64,000 nt of DNA from Escherichia phage vB_EcoM_PTE-Eco05, in sequence record PQ306573.1; one strand, written 5' to 3'. The notes under the pieces are model-generated. The model was not told the DNA's origin. It saw nothing but the letters and a program-made list of their open reading frames with translations, and searched no databases. Positions 20,301-29,578 of this stretch are shown here, piece by piece (the first letter of the stretch is position 1; each line of letters starts with the position of its first letter). A program made the translations under genes and the position numbers.

Positions 20301-21188
20301 TTCCCAAACTCTCCACAAACTAGATGCTGCATCAAAAATAAAAAGAGCATCAGCAAAATTACGTCCTTCTGCTACATGAACACCGGCTTCTCGTATAGAA
20401 GTTGTATCATCGTAAGTTTTGACAATTGTGTGATATAATGGGTTTAATTTGTCTAAATCCACTAAATTAATAATATCGCCATTATTAGCATTACGAGGCA
20501 ATGTAATATTAATAGGAGCGGCTGATGTAAAACGTCGAATGATAAAATCATTAGGTTGCGCTTGATATGGCGTAGCAGGAGTTACTGTGACTGCATTACG
20601 TTCGTAATCAGAAACATACATTTGCCATAGGCGGTTGCTAAAAATGAAGACCATTTTAGATTTTGGGTGCGTCATTAAAACTGAACGAACCTGTTGTCCT
20701 CTAAAGTTTACAATACTTTGAGCCGCTGCAGTAATTTGAACTTTTACATAGCCTACTCTACCGCCAATATCAGACAAAATAACTGTATCGCCATCTAAAG
20801 GATTTTGAGGCAAAGTGAAATTAATATCAGTGCCAGCTGAAGTATCAACCGCAATAGAGTTACCTACTGATAATTGGAAATCTCCGCCTTGAACTGTAAT
20901 CCATTCTGCATCAGCACGAGTTGCCTTCCATTTAGCCAAAGAGAAAGGGCCTGCCGGAGCTGGAATATCGCTTAAAGCTTGATAAAAACGATTATTATAA
21001 AGAACAATAAAATCTTTTGTATACGCGCGCGTCTCGTCATAATTCTGTACGGTGTTTTCTTGCACCAAAAAGTCAACGTTCACGCCATCGGTGCCAACTG
21101 TGCGGTCGGCAAGCGCAACGTTAACTATCTTATCACCGCCTGCGTCAAGACCATCTTCGGCCCTGAACTTACGTTTGATGTCAACCAT
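17355..21188 (-). CDS. 34: Long tail fibre proximal subunit gp34
   Basis: 1277 aa; N-terminus FRAEDGLDAGGDKIVNVALADRTVGTDGVNVD matches T4 gp34. Confidence 0.92.
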   Translation of the reverse strand: MVDIKRKFRAEDGLDAGGDKIVNVALADRTVGTDGVNVDFLVQENTVQNYDETRAYTKDFIVLYNNRFYQALSDIPAPAGPFSLAKWKATRADAEWITVQGGDFQLSVGNSIAVDTSAGTDINFTLPQNPLDGDTVILSDIGGRVGYVKVQITAAAQSIVNFRGQQVRSVLMTHPKSKMVFIFSNRLWQMYVSDYERNAVTVTPATPYQAQPNDFIIRRFTSAAPINITLPRNANNGDIINLVDLDKLNPLYHTIVKTYDDTTSIREAGVHVAEGRNFADALFIFDAASSLWRVWEGDQKSRLRIVRNDTDLHPNEEVLVFGTDNNTISTVNLTLPTDILSGDTVKISLNYMRKGQTVKIKAAEGDTIASSISLLQFPKRSEYPPDAQWVSVSELEFNGDTSYVPVLELAYIEDYSSETKYWVVQQNTVTVERVDASSNTTRARLGVIALASQAQANVDLENAPGKELAITPETLANRTATETRRGIARIATTAQVNQNTDFAFQDDLIISPKKLNERTATETRRGVAEVATQAETNAGTDDTTIITPKKLDARQGSEVLSGIVKYTSTTGTTAATIRGNAGTNVYNKAVDNLTISPKALDQYKATPTQQGAVILAIESEVIAGESQAGWANAVVTPETLHKKTSTDGRIGLIEIATQAETNTGTDYTRAVTPKTLNDRKATEGLSGIAEIATQVEFDTGTDDTRISSPLKIKTHFDSSDRTSVNSDSGLIEEGTLWNHYTLDISKANETQRGTLRVATQAESNAGTLDDVLITPKKLLGTKSTETSEGVIKVATQDETVTGTSANTAVSPKNLKWIVQSEPSWTATTAIRGFVKTSSGSITFVGDDTQGNTQDLNLYEKNSYAISPYELNRVLANYLPLKAKAADSNLLDGLDSLQFIRRDIDQTVNGSLSLTKQTNLSAPLVSTSTASFGSEASVTRRLTLNDSSGSEIVFTKGTQSLSNKENFVVRAWGNSATDGARDTVFEAGDETGYHFYSQRAADNKVSFNINGTLYSTGIVSTNGLNVTGVSTFTGPISATGEIVSSSPIAFRAINGNYGVMLYNAGNSSYIALTNSGDQTGTFNNLRPITINNATGLVRLDNGVQITSGATITTGGLTVNNRIISNGVQTATVYTDKPTASTVGFWSIDINDSAVYSQFPGYWTRDNKGNRDQEIKYPGTLTQFGNSLDSLYQDWICYPTGANGGSIRYTRTWQKNKDAWTSFAMVFDSGNPPSPSDVGAIPSDNAVIGNLTVRDFLQLGNVRIVPDPVNKTVKFIWVE

Positions 21189-21222
21189 GGTAGTCCTCTT
21201 ATCATTATGTGTTCTATTTTAC

Positions 21223-21230
21223 TATTTATA
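21223..21230 (-). promoter_or_regulatory. Late promoter (TATAAATA) for gene 34
   Basis: TATAAATA on - strand ~35 nt upstream of gene 34 start. Confidence 0.6.
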
Positions 21231-21245
21231 AATGAGTAAAAGACT

Positions 21246-21275
21246 ATTTACGCTTTCGAACTAGTATGTTACTAT
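21246..21275 (+). promoter_or_regulatory. Early-type promoter upstream of rnh
   Basis: ATTTAC-N18-TACTAT. Confidence 0.45.
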
Positions 21276-21308
21276 GGTCTAAGTTGACTAACTGAACAAG
21301 AGGTTCAT

Positions 21309-22226
21309 ATGGATTTAGAAATGATGTTGGATGAAGATTACAAAGAAGGTATTGCGCTTGCAGACTTTAGTAACATTGCATTGGCAGCTGCATTAAACAA
21401 CTTTGAAGACGGCGATAAAATTACTGTTCCGATGGTTCGCCATGTAATCTTGAATTCAATTCGTAAAAACGTAGTGATGTTCCGTAAGCAAGGCTATACA
21501 AAATTTGTATTGTGTATGGATAATGCTACTTCAGGTTATTGGCGTCGTGACTTTGCTTACTATTACAAGAAAAATCGTAAAACCGATCGTGAAGCTTCAA
21601 AGTGGGATTGGGAAGGATATTTTACTGCACTCCATCAAGTTGTTGATGAGATTAAGAAATACATGCCATACGTTGTAATGGATATTGACAAGTATGAAGC
21701 GGATGACCATATCGGTGTATTAACTAAATATTTGTCATTAGCCGGTCATAAGGTATGTATTGTTGCATCAGACGGTGACTTTACACAATTACACAAATAT
21801 CCTAACGTTAAACAGTGGTCGCCACCACAGAAAAAATGGGTTAAAATTAAGAATGGTTCTGCTGAAATTGATTGCATGACTAAAATTCTTAAAGGTGACC
21901 GTAAAGACGGCGTTGCATCTGTTCGAGTTCGTGGCGACTTCTGGTTTACCAGAGTTGATGGTGAACGAACTCCGAGCATGAAAACAACGATTATTGAAGC
22001 AATTGCCAATGACCGTTCTCAATCTGAAGTATTATTAAGTGCAGAAGAATATAAACGGTATCAAGAAAATTTGGTTCTCATTGATTTTGATTATATCCCT
22101 GATAATATTGCTTCAACCATTATAGAGTATTATAACTCATATAAACCACAACCTAAAGGCAAGATTTATTCATACTTTGTAAAATCCGGTCTTTCTAAAT
22201 TAACAAGTGTAATTAATGAATTCTGA
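21309..22226 (+). CDS. rnh: RNase H (5'-3' exonuclease / flap endonuclease)
   Basis: 305 aa; MDLEMMLDEDYKEG start and length match T4 RNase H. Confidence 0.92.
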   Translation: MDLEMMLDEDYKEGIALADFSNIALAAALNNFEDGDKITVPMVRHVILNSIRKNVVMFRKQGYTKFVLCMDNATSGYWRRDFAYYYKKNRKTDREASKWDWEGYFTALHQVVDEIKKYMPYVVMDIDKYEADDHIGVLTKYLSLAGHKVCIVASDGDFTQLHKYPNVKQWSPPQKKWVKIKNGSAEIDCMTKILKGDRKDGVASVRVRGDFWFTRVDGERTPSMKTTIIEAIANDRSQSEVLLSAEEYKRYQENLVLIDFDYIPDNIASTIIEYYNSYKPQPKGKIYSYFVKSGLSKLTSVINEF

Positions 22227-22233
22227 GGTAAAC

Positions 22234-22503
22234 ATGGCTAAGAAAGAAGCAGTTGAATTTAATCAAGATGTGCATGGTGAAGAACTGGCTAAACTAGTCA
22301 AGGAAGCTTCCGATAACAAACTTAAAATTTCTGGTTATAATGAACTGATTAAAGACATTCGTACTCGTGCTAAAGAAGAGCTTGGTGTCGATGGAAAAAT
22401 GTTTAATCGTTTGTTAGCTCTTTATCATAAAGACGCTCGTGACCAATTTGAAGCTGAAAACGAAGAGGTAGTCGAGCTTTATGACACAGTTTTCACTAAG
22501 TGA
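22234..22503 (+). CDS. dsbA: dsDNA-binding late-transcription enhancer DsbA
   Basis: 89 aa from ATG 22234 (GAGG RBS); position between rnh and 33. Confidence 0.7.
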   Translation: MAKKEAVEFNQDVHGEELAKLVKEASDNKLKISGYNELIKDIRTRAKEELGVDGKMFNRLLALYHKDARDQFEAENEEVVELYDTVFTK

Positions 22504-22819
22504 TATTAAACCGGTTGATGAGGCCGGTTTATCTGAACAAGAATTAGCAGTAAAACACGATAAAGATGATATCGCTAAATTGCTTGATCGGCAAGAAAAC
22601 GGATTTATTATCGAATCCATGGTTGAACAATTTGGTATGTCTTATTTAGAAGCAACAACTGCTTTCTTGGAAGAAAATTCTATTCCAGAAACACAATTTG
22701 CTAAATTTATTCCTACAGGAATTGTTGAAAAAATTACAAGCGAAGCAATTGACGAAAACATGCTTCGCCCATCAGTTGCTCGTGGTGAAAAAACTAATAC
22801 GTTAGATTTCTTATTATGA
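22481..22819 (+). CDS. 33: Late transcription co-activator gp33
   Basis: 112 aa; MTQFSL...ENGFIIE...TLDFLL matches T4 gp33. Confidence 0.88.
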   Translation: MTQFSLSDIKPVDEAGLSEQELAVKHDKDDIAKLLDRQENGFIIESMVEQFGMSYLEATTAFLEENSIPETQFAKFIPTGIVEKITSEAIDENMLRPSVARGEKTNTLDFLL

Positions 22820-23469
22820 TTAAAATACGCATGCCTCCTGATGGAGAACGTTATATTAACGGAAAATCGGTATACAAACTATACTTGATGTGCAAACAAC
22901 ATTTTAATGGTCGGTATGACGTAATCAAATATAACTGGTGCATGCGTGTTTCGGATAATGCGTACCAAAAACGCCGAGATAAATATTTCTTTGAAAAACT
23001 AGCAGAGAAATATAAATTGAAGGAACTCACCTTGATATTCATAAGCAACTTAGTTGCTAACCAAGACGCATGGATTGGTGAGATATCAGACGCTGATGCA
23101 TTAGTTTTCTATAGGGAATATATTGGACGTCTCAAACAAGCCAAGGAGACGTTTGCTGAAGATGTACGTAACATCTACTATTTCAGTAAGAAAGTTGAAG
23201 TTAGTGCGCTTCAAGAGATATTTGATTATAATAACAACGTTCAGTCGAGCTACATATTCAAATTGCTACAAAGCAATATAATTTCATTTGAGACTTTCTT
23301 ATTGTTGGACTCATTTTTGAATATTATAGATAAGCACGACGAACTCACCGATAACTTAGTCTGGCAAAATTATTCTACCAAATTAAAGGCATATCGAAAA
23401 ATACTTCAAATCGATGGAAATGCTGCTAAGAAATTGTTCATAGAAACAATCAAATCATGTAAGTATTAA
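22816..23469 (+). CDS. 59: Helicase loader gp59
   Basis: 217 aa; position between 33 and 32. Confidence 0.85.
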   Translation: MIKIRMPPDGERYINGKSVYKLYLMCKQHFNGRYDVIKYNWCMRVSDNAYQKRRDKYFFEKLAEKYKLKELTLIFISNLVANQDAWIGEISDADALVFYREYIGRLKQAKETFAEDVRNIYYFSKKVEVSALQEIFDYNNNVQSSYIFKLLQSNIISFETFLLLDSFLNIIDKHDELTDNLVWQNYSTKLKAYRKILQIDGNAAKKLFIETIKSCKY

Positions 23470-23498
23470 GCTTTATTTCTTGTGTGTTAAAATTACTT

Positions 23499-23506
23499 TA
23501 TAAATA
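23499..23506 (+). promoter_or_regulatory. Late promoter (TATAAATA) upstream of gene 32
   Basis: Exact TATAAATA. Confidence 0.55.
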
Positions 23507-23514
23507 AATCATAC

Positions 23515-23586
23515 CAGCTACGAGGTATAAGTGTCGTAGCAACCAACTGTAAAATTTAATTAATAATCTAAATAAAGGCAAATAAA
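23515..23586 (+). promoter_or_regulatory. Gene 32 translational operator (5' hairpin/pseudoknot plus unstructured A/U-rich gp32 binding tract)
   Basis: GCTACGA...TCGTAGC stem followed by ~35 nt A/U-rich leader ending at the ATG. Confidence 0.6.
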
Positions 23587-24486
23587 ATGTTTAAACGTAA
23601 AAGTACCGCAGACCTCGCAGCTCAGATGGCTAAACTGAATGGTAACAAAGGTTTCTCTTCAGAAGATAAAGGTGAATGGAAGCTGAAACTCGACGCATCC
23701 GGTAATGGCCAAGCGGTAATTCGTTTCCTGCCGGCAAAAACAGATGACGCACTTCCGTTTGCAATTCTTGTTAACCACGGGTTCAAGAAAAATGGCAAAT
23801 GGTATATTGAAACCTGTTCATCTACACACGGCGATTATGACTCTTGTCCTGTATGTCAGTACATTAGTAAAAATGACCTGTACAATACCAACAAAACTGA
23901 ATATTCTCAACTGAAACGTAAAACTTCTTATTGGGCTAATATCCTGGTTGTTAAAGACCCTCAAGCTCCAGATAATGAAGGTAAAGTATTCAAATATCGT
24001 TTCGGTAAAAAGATTTGGGACAAAATCAATGCAATGATTGCAGTCGATACTGAAATGGGTGAAACTCCTGTTGATGTAACTTGCCCGTGGGAAGGTGCTA
24101 ACTTTGTGCTGAAAGTTAAACAGGTTTCTGGTTTCAGTAACTACGACGAATCTAAATTCCTGAATCAATCTGCGATTCCAAACATTGATGATGAATCTTT
24201 CCAGAAAGAATTGTTCGAACAAATGGTTGACCTTTCTGAAATGACTTCTAAAGATAAGTTCAAATCGTTTGAAGAATTGAATACTAAATTTAATCAAGTT
24301 CTTGGTACTGCCGCTCTGGGCGGTGCAGCAGCTGCCGCAGCTTCTGTTGCAGATAAAGTTGCTTCTGACCTTGACGATTTTGATAAAGACATGGAAGCCT
24401 TTAGTTCTGCAAAAACTGAAGATGACTTCATGAGTTCCTCGTCTTCTGACGATGGCGACCTCGATGACCTGTTAGCTGGTCTATAA
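23587..24486 (+). CDS. 32: Single-stranded DNA-binding protein gp32
   Basis: 299 aa; [23 protein letters not shown], zinc site CxxxxC...CPVC, acidic C-terminus. Confidence 0.95.
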   Translation: MFKRKSTADLAAQMAKLNGNKGFSSEDKGEWKLKLDASGNGQAVIRFLPAKTDDALPFAILVNHGFKKNGKWYIETCSSTHGDYDSCPVCQYISKNDLYNTNKTEYSQLKRKTSYWANILVVKDPQAPDNEGKVFKYRFGKKIWDKINAMIAVDTEMGETPVDVTCPWEGANFVLKVKQVSGFSNYDESKFLNQSAIPNIDDESFQKELFEQMVDLSEMTSKDKFKSFEELNTKFNQVLGTAALGGAAAAAASVADKVASDLDDFDKDMEAFSSAKTEDDFMSSSSSDDGDLDDLLAGL

Positions 24487-24492
24487 TAAATT

Positions 24493-24514
24493 GGGAGACT
24501 TCGGTCTCCCTTTT
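24493..24514 (+). terminator. Rho-independent terminator, UUCG hairpin
   Basis: GGGAGAC-TTCG-GTCTCCC + TTTTG. Confidence 0.7.
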
Positions 24515-24541
24515 GAGTATCTGTAAATTGCCGAAAAAGTT

Positions 24542-24570
24542 GTTTACTTCTTCCCTGGATGTGTTAGTAT
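24542..24570 (+). promoter_or_regulatory. T4-type early promoter
   Basis: GTTTAC-N17-TAGTAT. Confidence 0.5.
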
Positions 24571-24599
24571 AGACCTATCAACAACATGAGGAAATCAAA

Positions 24600-24992
24600 A
24601 TGGAAATCGGAAAATCTTATATCATTAACCCTTTATTTAAAGATGACTTTGTTCAAGAAGCACCACACAATAACGCTAAGATGTTAAAATTGATTGAACT
24701 CCACGGGCCTAGTTTTGTTGTAAACGGAATGAAACCTGATTATGATAGCGATACGTCAAACGTAGTAAGTGTAACTATGGAAGATGGTACTGTATGTTCT
24801 GCCGGTGGTGAAATTGAAACTTATTTTGAGATTTATTATGATGAGTTCAAATACTTTACTGAGGTAGATTTAGTAAAGCCTCAACCTACTAACGAAGGTA
24901 TAACTTTAGGTATAACAAAAATCCATTGTATCGTAGATGAAACTAACGTCGACGAAATCATCAAACTTTTGCAAAAAACTTTTAAAAAGTAG
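24600..24992 (+). CDS. Hypothetical protein (frd.3 position)
   Basis: 130-aa ORF with GAGGAAA RBS. Confidence 0.5.
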   Translation: MEIGKSYIINPLFKDDFVQEAPHNNAKMLKLIELHGPSFVVNGMKPDYDSDTSNVVSVTMEDGTVCSAGGEIETYFEIYYDEFKYFTEVDLVKPQPTNEGITLGITKIHCIVDETNVDEIIKLLQKTFKK

Positions 24993-25021
24993 TTTATAAC
25001 AAGATAGGGCTATGTTATAGT
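24992..25021 (+). promoter_or_regulatory. T4-type early promoter
   Basis: GTTTAT-N18-TATAGT. Confidence 0.5.
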
Positions 25022-25054
25022 AGTCCTATCAAATCAAAAGTGAAGGAGAATAAA

Positions 25055-25303
25055 ATGAGATTGCAACGCCAGAGCATCAAAGATTCTGAAGTTAGAGGTA
25101 AATGGTACTTCAACATCGTTGGTAAAGATTCTGAACTTGTTGAAAAAGCTGAACATCTTTTACGCGATATGGGATGGGAAGATGAATGCGATGGATGTCC
25201 TCTTTATGAAGACGGAGAAAGCGCAGGATTCTGGATTTACCATTCTGACGTCGAGCAGTTTAAAGCTGATTGGAAAGTTGTTAAGAAAAATCTGAGGAAA
25301 TAA
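25055..25303 (+). CDS. Hypothetical protein (frd.2 position)
   Basis: ATG 25055 with GAAGGAG RBS; track start 25040 is GTG. Confidence 0.45.
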   Translation: MRLQRQSIKDSEVRGKWYFNIVGKDSELVEKAEHLLRDMGWEDECDGCPLYEDGESAGFWIYHSDVEQFKADWKVVKKNLRK

Positions 25304-25305
25304 AA

Positions 25306-25893
25306 ATGCTTAAATTAGTATTCGCATGTGCTCCGACTAAAACAGTTGATGATAAACTGGAATATGCTTTTGGATTAGGTGATGGACTTCCATGGAAGCA
25401 TATCAAACAAGATATGAGTAACTTTGTTGCTCGCACTAAAAACACTGTAATGGTTATGGGTGCTAAGACATTTGCATCATTACCTCGTCTACTCCCAGAT
25501 CGTACTCATGTGGTTGTCACTGATATGGCCAGAGAACTGCCTAGGACCAAAACCAACGAACTTGCGCGTTTCTATATCACCCAATCTGAATTTATTACCT
25601 TGGTAATGGGTGGTGAAATTAACCTGTTTAGCACTGCAACTGACGTACCATTTAAACTTTCTACTGAACATGTTGATGTATCTGTTATTGGTGGCCCTGC
25701 TTTATTGAAACAAGCATTGCCTTATGCTGATGAAATCGTGATGACTAAAATCATTAAGAAATGTCGTGTTAATTCCGATGTTCAACTTGATAAAGATTTC
25801 GTCCAAGATATTATGCTTCAACGTTCTATGGTAGAATCTCATTACTACAGAATCGATGAACTCACCGAAATTACTGAGAGCGTTTATAAATGA
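25306..25893 (+). CDS. frd: Dihydrofolate reductase
   Basis: 195 aa; GLGDGLPW, VIGGPALL motifs; precedes td. Confidence 0.88.
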   Translation: MLKLVFACAPTKTVDDKLEYAFGLGDGLPWKHIKQDMSNFVARTKNTVMVMGAKTFASLPRLLPDRTHVVVTDMARELPRTKTNELARFYITQSEFITLVMGGEINLFSTATDVPFKLSTEHVDVSVIGGPALLKQALPYADEIVMTKIIKKCRVNSDVQLDKDFVQDIMLQRSMVESHYYRIDELTEITESVYK

Positions 25894-26438
25894 AACAATA
25901 CCAATACCTGATTAAAGATATCTTAGAAAATGGCTACGAAACAGACGACCGTACAGGTACAGGCACTATTGCCCTGTTCGGAACTAAATTGCGATGGGAT
26001 CTGACTAAAGGATTCCCTGCGGTAACAACTAAGAAATTAGCATGGAAAGCTTGTATTGCCGAGTTACTGTGGTTCATGTCTGGCTCTACCAATGTTAATG
26101 ATTTGCGTATTCGTACTCATGGTAGTCTTATTCAAGGTAAAACTATTTGGGACGACAACTATGAAAATCAGGCAAAAGACCTTGGATATCATAGCGGCGA
26201 ACTTGGTCCTATTTATGGTAAGCAATGGCGTGATTTTGGTGGTGTAGACCAATTGGTCAAAACTATCGACCGTATTAAAGCTCTTCCTAATGATCGTCGT
26301 CAAATAGTTTCTGCATGGAACCCGGCTGAAATTGACCAAATGGCTCTTCCTCCTTGTCATATGTTCTATCAATTTAATGTGCGTAATGGACATCTTGATT
26401 TACAATGGTACCAACGCAGTGTTGATGTTTTCTTAGGT
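25890..26438 (+). CDS. td: Thymidylate synthase, exon 1
   Basis: 183 codons ending ...QRSVDVFLG; in-frame TAA immediately follows at intron start; exon 1 + exon 2 = 286 aa. Confidence 0.88.
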
Positions 26439-27454
26439 TAATTTAGGCCTAGGTATAAGGTGACTTATACTTGTAATCTATCTAAACGGGGGACCTCTCT
26501 AGTAGACAATCCCGTGCTAAATTGTAGGACTACCCTTTAATAAATACTTCTATATAAAAAGAGGTGTTTATGAAAAGCGGAATTTATCAGATTAAAAACA
26601 CTTTAAACGGTAAAGTGTATGTTGGAAGTGCTAAAGATTTTGAGAAAAGATGGAAGAGGCGTTTTAAAGACCTTGAAAACGGTGTTCACTCTTCTATAAA
26701 ATTTCAAAGGTCTTTTAATAAACATGGTAATGTTTTTGAATGCTCTGTACTGGAAGAAATTCCATATGAGAAAGATTTGATTATTGAACGAGAAAATTTT
26801 TTGATTAAAGAGCTAAATTCTAAAATTAATGGATATAATATTGCTGATGCGTCTTTTGGCGATGTGCTTTCAAATCATCCATTAAAAGAAGAAATTGCTA
26901 AGAAACGAGCTGAAACTGTTAAAGCTAAGATGCTTAAGCTTGGTCCTGACGGTCGGAAAGCTCTTTATGGTAAACACGGAAGTAAAAATGGCCGATGGAA
27001 TCCAGAAAACCACAAGTTTTGTAAATGCGGTGTTCGCATACCATCTTCGGCCGATACTTGTGGAAAGTGCCGAAAACGTTCAGGTGAAAATAACCCGTTC
27101 TTTAATCACAAACATTCAGAAAAAACTAAAACTAAACTATCTGAAAAGATGAAAGGCAAAAAGCCAGCTAACATCAAAAAGATTTCATGCGATGGGATTA
27201 TTTTTGAATGTGCAGCCGATGCGGCTAGACATTTTGAAATTTCATCAGGATTAGTTACTTACCGTGTAAAATCTGATAAGTGGAATTGGTTCTACATAAA
27301 TGCCTAACGACTATCCCTTTAGGGAGTAGGGTCAAGTGACTCGAAACGATAGACAACTTGCTTTAACAAGTTGGAGATATAGTCTGCTCTGCATGGTGAC
27401 ATGCAGCTGGATATAATTCCGGGATAAGATTAACGACCTTATCTGAACATAATG
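26439..27454 (+). ncRNA. td group I self-splicing intron (1016 nt) carrying the I-TevI ORF
   Basis: Begins TAATT.AGGCCT.GGTATAAGGTGACTTATAC..., ends ...GAACATAATG before exon 2; length equals T4 td intron. Confidence 0.85.
26570..27307 (+). CDS. I-TevI: GIY-YIG homing endonuclease I-TevI
   Basis: 245 aa from ATG 26570; GIYQIKN...KVYVGSAKDFEKRW GIY-YIG motif; C-terminal DNA-binding region; inside td intron. Confidence 0.9.
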   Translation: MKSGIYQIKNTLNGKVYVGSAKDFEKRWKRRFKDLENGVHSSIKFQRSFNKHGNVFECSVLEEIPYEKDLIIERENFLIKELNSKINGYNIADASFGDVLSNHPLKEEIAKKRAETVKAKMLKLGPDGRKALYGKHGSKNGRWNPENHKFCKCGVRIPSSADTCGKCRKRSGENNPFFNHKHSEKTKTKLSEKMKGKKPANIKKISCDGIIFECAADAARHFEISSGLVTYRVKSDKWNWFYINA

Positions 27455-27766
27455 CTACCGTTCAACATTGCCTCGTACGCTGCCTTGACGCATATTGTAG
27501 CGAAGATGTGTAACCTTATCCCAGGTGATTTAGTGTTCTCAGGCGGCAACACGCATATCTACAGCAATCATGTAGAACAATGCAAAGAAGTTCTTCGTCG
27601 TGAACCTAAAGAGTTGTGTTCTCTTGAAATTAATTGGCCTAGTAATTTTGAGAATTGGCCTACAAAAATCCAAATGGACTGGGTTACTGGAACGATGACA
27701 CATTCTGATTTCGTTCTTAAAAATTACGAATCTCATCCAACTATCAAAGCTAAAATGGCGGTATAA
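27455..27766 (+). CDS. td: Thymidylate synthase, exon 2
   Basis: Frame resumes LPFNIASYAALTHIV... directly after intron-terminal G. Confidence 0.85.
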   Translation, partial: LPFNIASYAALTHIVAKMCNLIPGDLVFSGGNTHIYSNHVEQCKEVLRREPKELCSLEINWPSNFENWPTKIQMDWVTGTMTHSDFVLKNYESHPTIKAKMAV

Positions 27767-28021
27767 ATGATTTTACGTTTTATTAATTCATATGGCACCA
27801 CAATTTTTGAAATGAAAAATCCAAGTGAACTGGATATCCCTTCACCGAATAGTGAAATCACAGTTAAAGGTGAACGATTCATTTGTTATTCACATGAACG
27901 AATTTATGAATATCGTGAATTTTGTGGTGGTTACGGTATGGAAAAAGAACCATTGGTTTATTTCGATATCACGGTCTTGACACCTAAAGAATACGAAGAA
28001 ATTATTGCTGAGGATAATTAA
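27767..28021 (+). CDS. Hypothetical protein (nrdA.1 position)
   Basis: 84-aa ORF overlapping td stop (TAAATG). Confidence 0.45.
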   Translation: MILRFINSYGTTIFEMKNPSELDIPSPNSEITVKGERFICYSHERIYEYREFCGGYGMEKEPLVYFDITVLTPKEYEEIIAEDN

Positions 28022-28108
28022 CGCTTCAGTTTAAAAGTGTATAATAAATTAACGGGATAAATACTATCCCGTTTGGAGTAATGTCTATCAACCTATACTG
28101 AGGAATAT

Positions 28109-29533
28109 ATGCAAGTAACTAAGAGCAGTGGTGTATCCCAAAATTTTGATGCACAGAAAATTATTCAAGTCTTAACTTGGCAATGTGAAGGAACACAAAT
28201 TGACCCATATGAATTGTACGAAGAAATTAAGACCCATCTTGTCGACGGGATGAGCACCAAAGATATCCAGAAGATTTGTATTAAAGTTGCAGCTAACTCG
28301 ATTTCTGTCGAAGAACCTGATTATCAGTATGTCGCCGCCAAAGGGCTAATGTTTGCACTTCGTAAAGATGTATATGGGCAGTTTGAACCGCCTGCTTTTA
28401 TCGACCATATTTCTTATTGTGTTAATGAAGGCAAATATGACCCTGAGCTGTTGTCTAGATATTCTGCAGAAGAAATCATTTATCTTGATTCTCGGATTAA
28501 ACATGAGCGAGATTTTGACCTGACTTATGCTGGTGCTATGCAGCTTAAAGAAAAATACCTGGTTAAAGATAAAACAACTGGGAAGATTTATGAAACTCCA
28601 CAGTTTGCTATCATGGCTATCGGTATGGCCTTACACCAAGACGAAACTCATGACCGTTTGAAACATATTATTCGTTTTTATGATGCCGTTTCTACTCATC
28701 AAGTTTCATTGCCAACCCCAATTATGGCAGGTGCTCGTACTCCAACTCGCCAGTTCTCTAGTTGTGTAGTTATTGAAGCCGGTGATTCGTTAAAATCTAT
28801 TAACAAAACTTCAGCATCAATTATTGAATATATTTCTAAACGAGCTGGTATTGGTATCAACGTTGGTATGCTTCGTGCAGAAGGTTCTAAGATTGGTATG
28901 GGTGAAGTTCGACATACAGGTGTTATTCCATTTTGGAAACATTTCCAAACTGCAGTAAAATCTTGTTCTCAAGGTGGTATTCGTGGTGGTGCTGCTACAG
29001 CGTATTATCCGATGTGGCACTTAGAAGTAGAGAACCTATTAGTTCTGAAAAATAACAAAGGCGTGGATGAAAACCGTATTCGACATATGGACTACGGAAT
29101 TCAGATTAATGACCTCATGATGGAACGCCTTGGTAAAAATGATTATATTACTTTATTTAGCCCTCACGAAATGTCAGGCGAACTATACTACTCGTTCTTT
29201 GAAGATCAAGATAAATTCCGTGAGCTTTATGAGAAAGCTGAAAAAGACCCAACAATCAGAAAGAAAAGAATCAAAGCACTAGAACTCTTTGAATTGTTCA
29301 TGACTGAACGTTCTGGTACTGCTCGAATTTATCCACAGTTTGTTGATAACACGAATAACTACACTCCGTTTATTCGTGAAAAAGCTCCAATTCGTCAGAG
29401 TAACTTATGTTGTGAAATCGCTATTCCAACTAATGATGTGAATAGCCAACAAACCCGTTTAATCAAAATTAAGAAGTCGGATGTAGCTAAGTTTTATGAA
29501 GCTAATCCTGGCGGTATAATTCAAAGCAAATAA
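28109..29533 (+). CDS. nrdA: Ribonucleotide reductase large subunit, N-terminal piece (NrdA-a): ATP cone through NLCCEI active-site motif
   Basis: 474 aa; contains NLCCEIAIPT (E. coli C439/E441 equivalent) then a 28-aa tail and stop. Confidence 0.85.
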   Translation: MQVTKSSGVSQNFDAQKIIQVLTWQCEGTQIDPYELYEEIKTHLVDGMSTKDIQKICIKVAANSISVEEPDYQYVAAKGLMFALRKDVYGQFEPPAFIDHISYCVNEGKYDPELLSRYSAEEIIYLDSRIKHERDFDLTYAGAMQLKEKYLVKDKTTGKIYETPQFAIMAIGMALHQDETHDRLKHIIRFYDAVSTHQVSLPTPIMAGARTPTRQFSSCVVIEAGDSLKSINKTSASIIEYISKRAGIGINVGMLRAEGSKIGMGEVRHTGVIPFWKHFQTAVKSCSQGGIRGGAATAYYPMWHLEVENLLVLKNNKGVDENRIRHMDYGIQINDLMMERLGKNDYITLFSPHEMSGELYYSFFEDQDKFRELYEKAEKDPTIRKKRIKALELFELFMTERSGTARIYPQFVDNTNNYTPFIREKAPIRQSNLCCEIAIPTNDVNSQQTRLIKIKKSDVAKFYEANPGGIIQSK

Positions 29534-29578
29534 AGTACACAGACCGTTAATAAATAATCCATAACAAGAGGAAAAGTT

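Noticed and set aside
25040-26572. ORF-track starts at GTG 25040 and GTG 26564
   Set aside because: Both are non-ATG starts without RBS; the downstream ATGs (25055, 26570) have canonical Shine-Dalgarno spacing, and 26570 gives the 245-aa I-TevI length.
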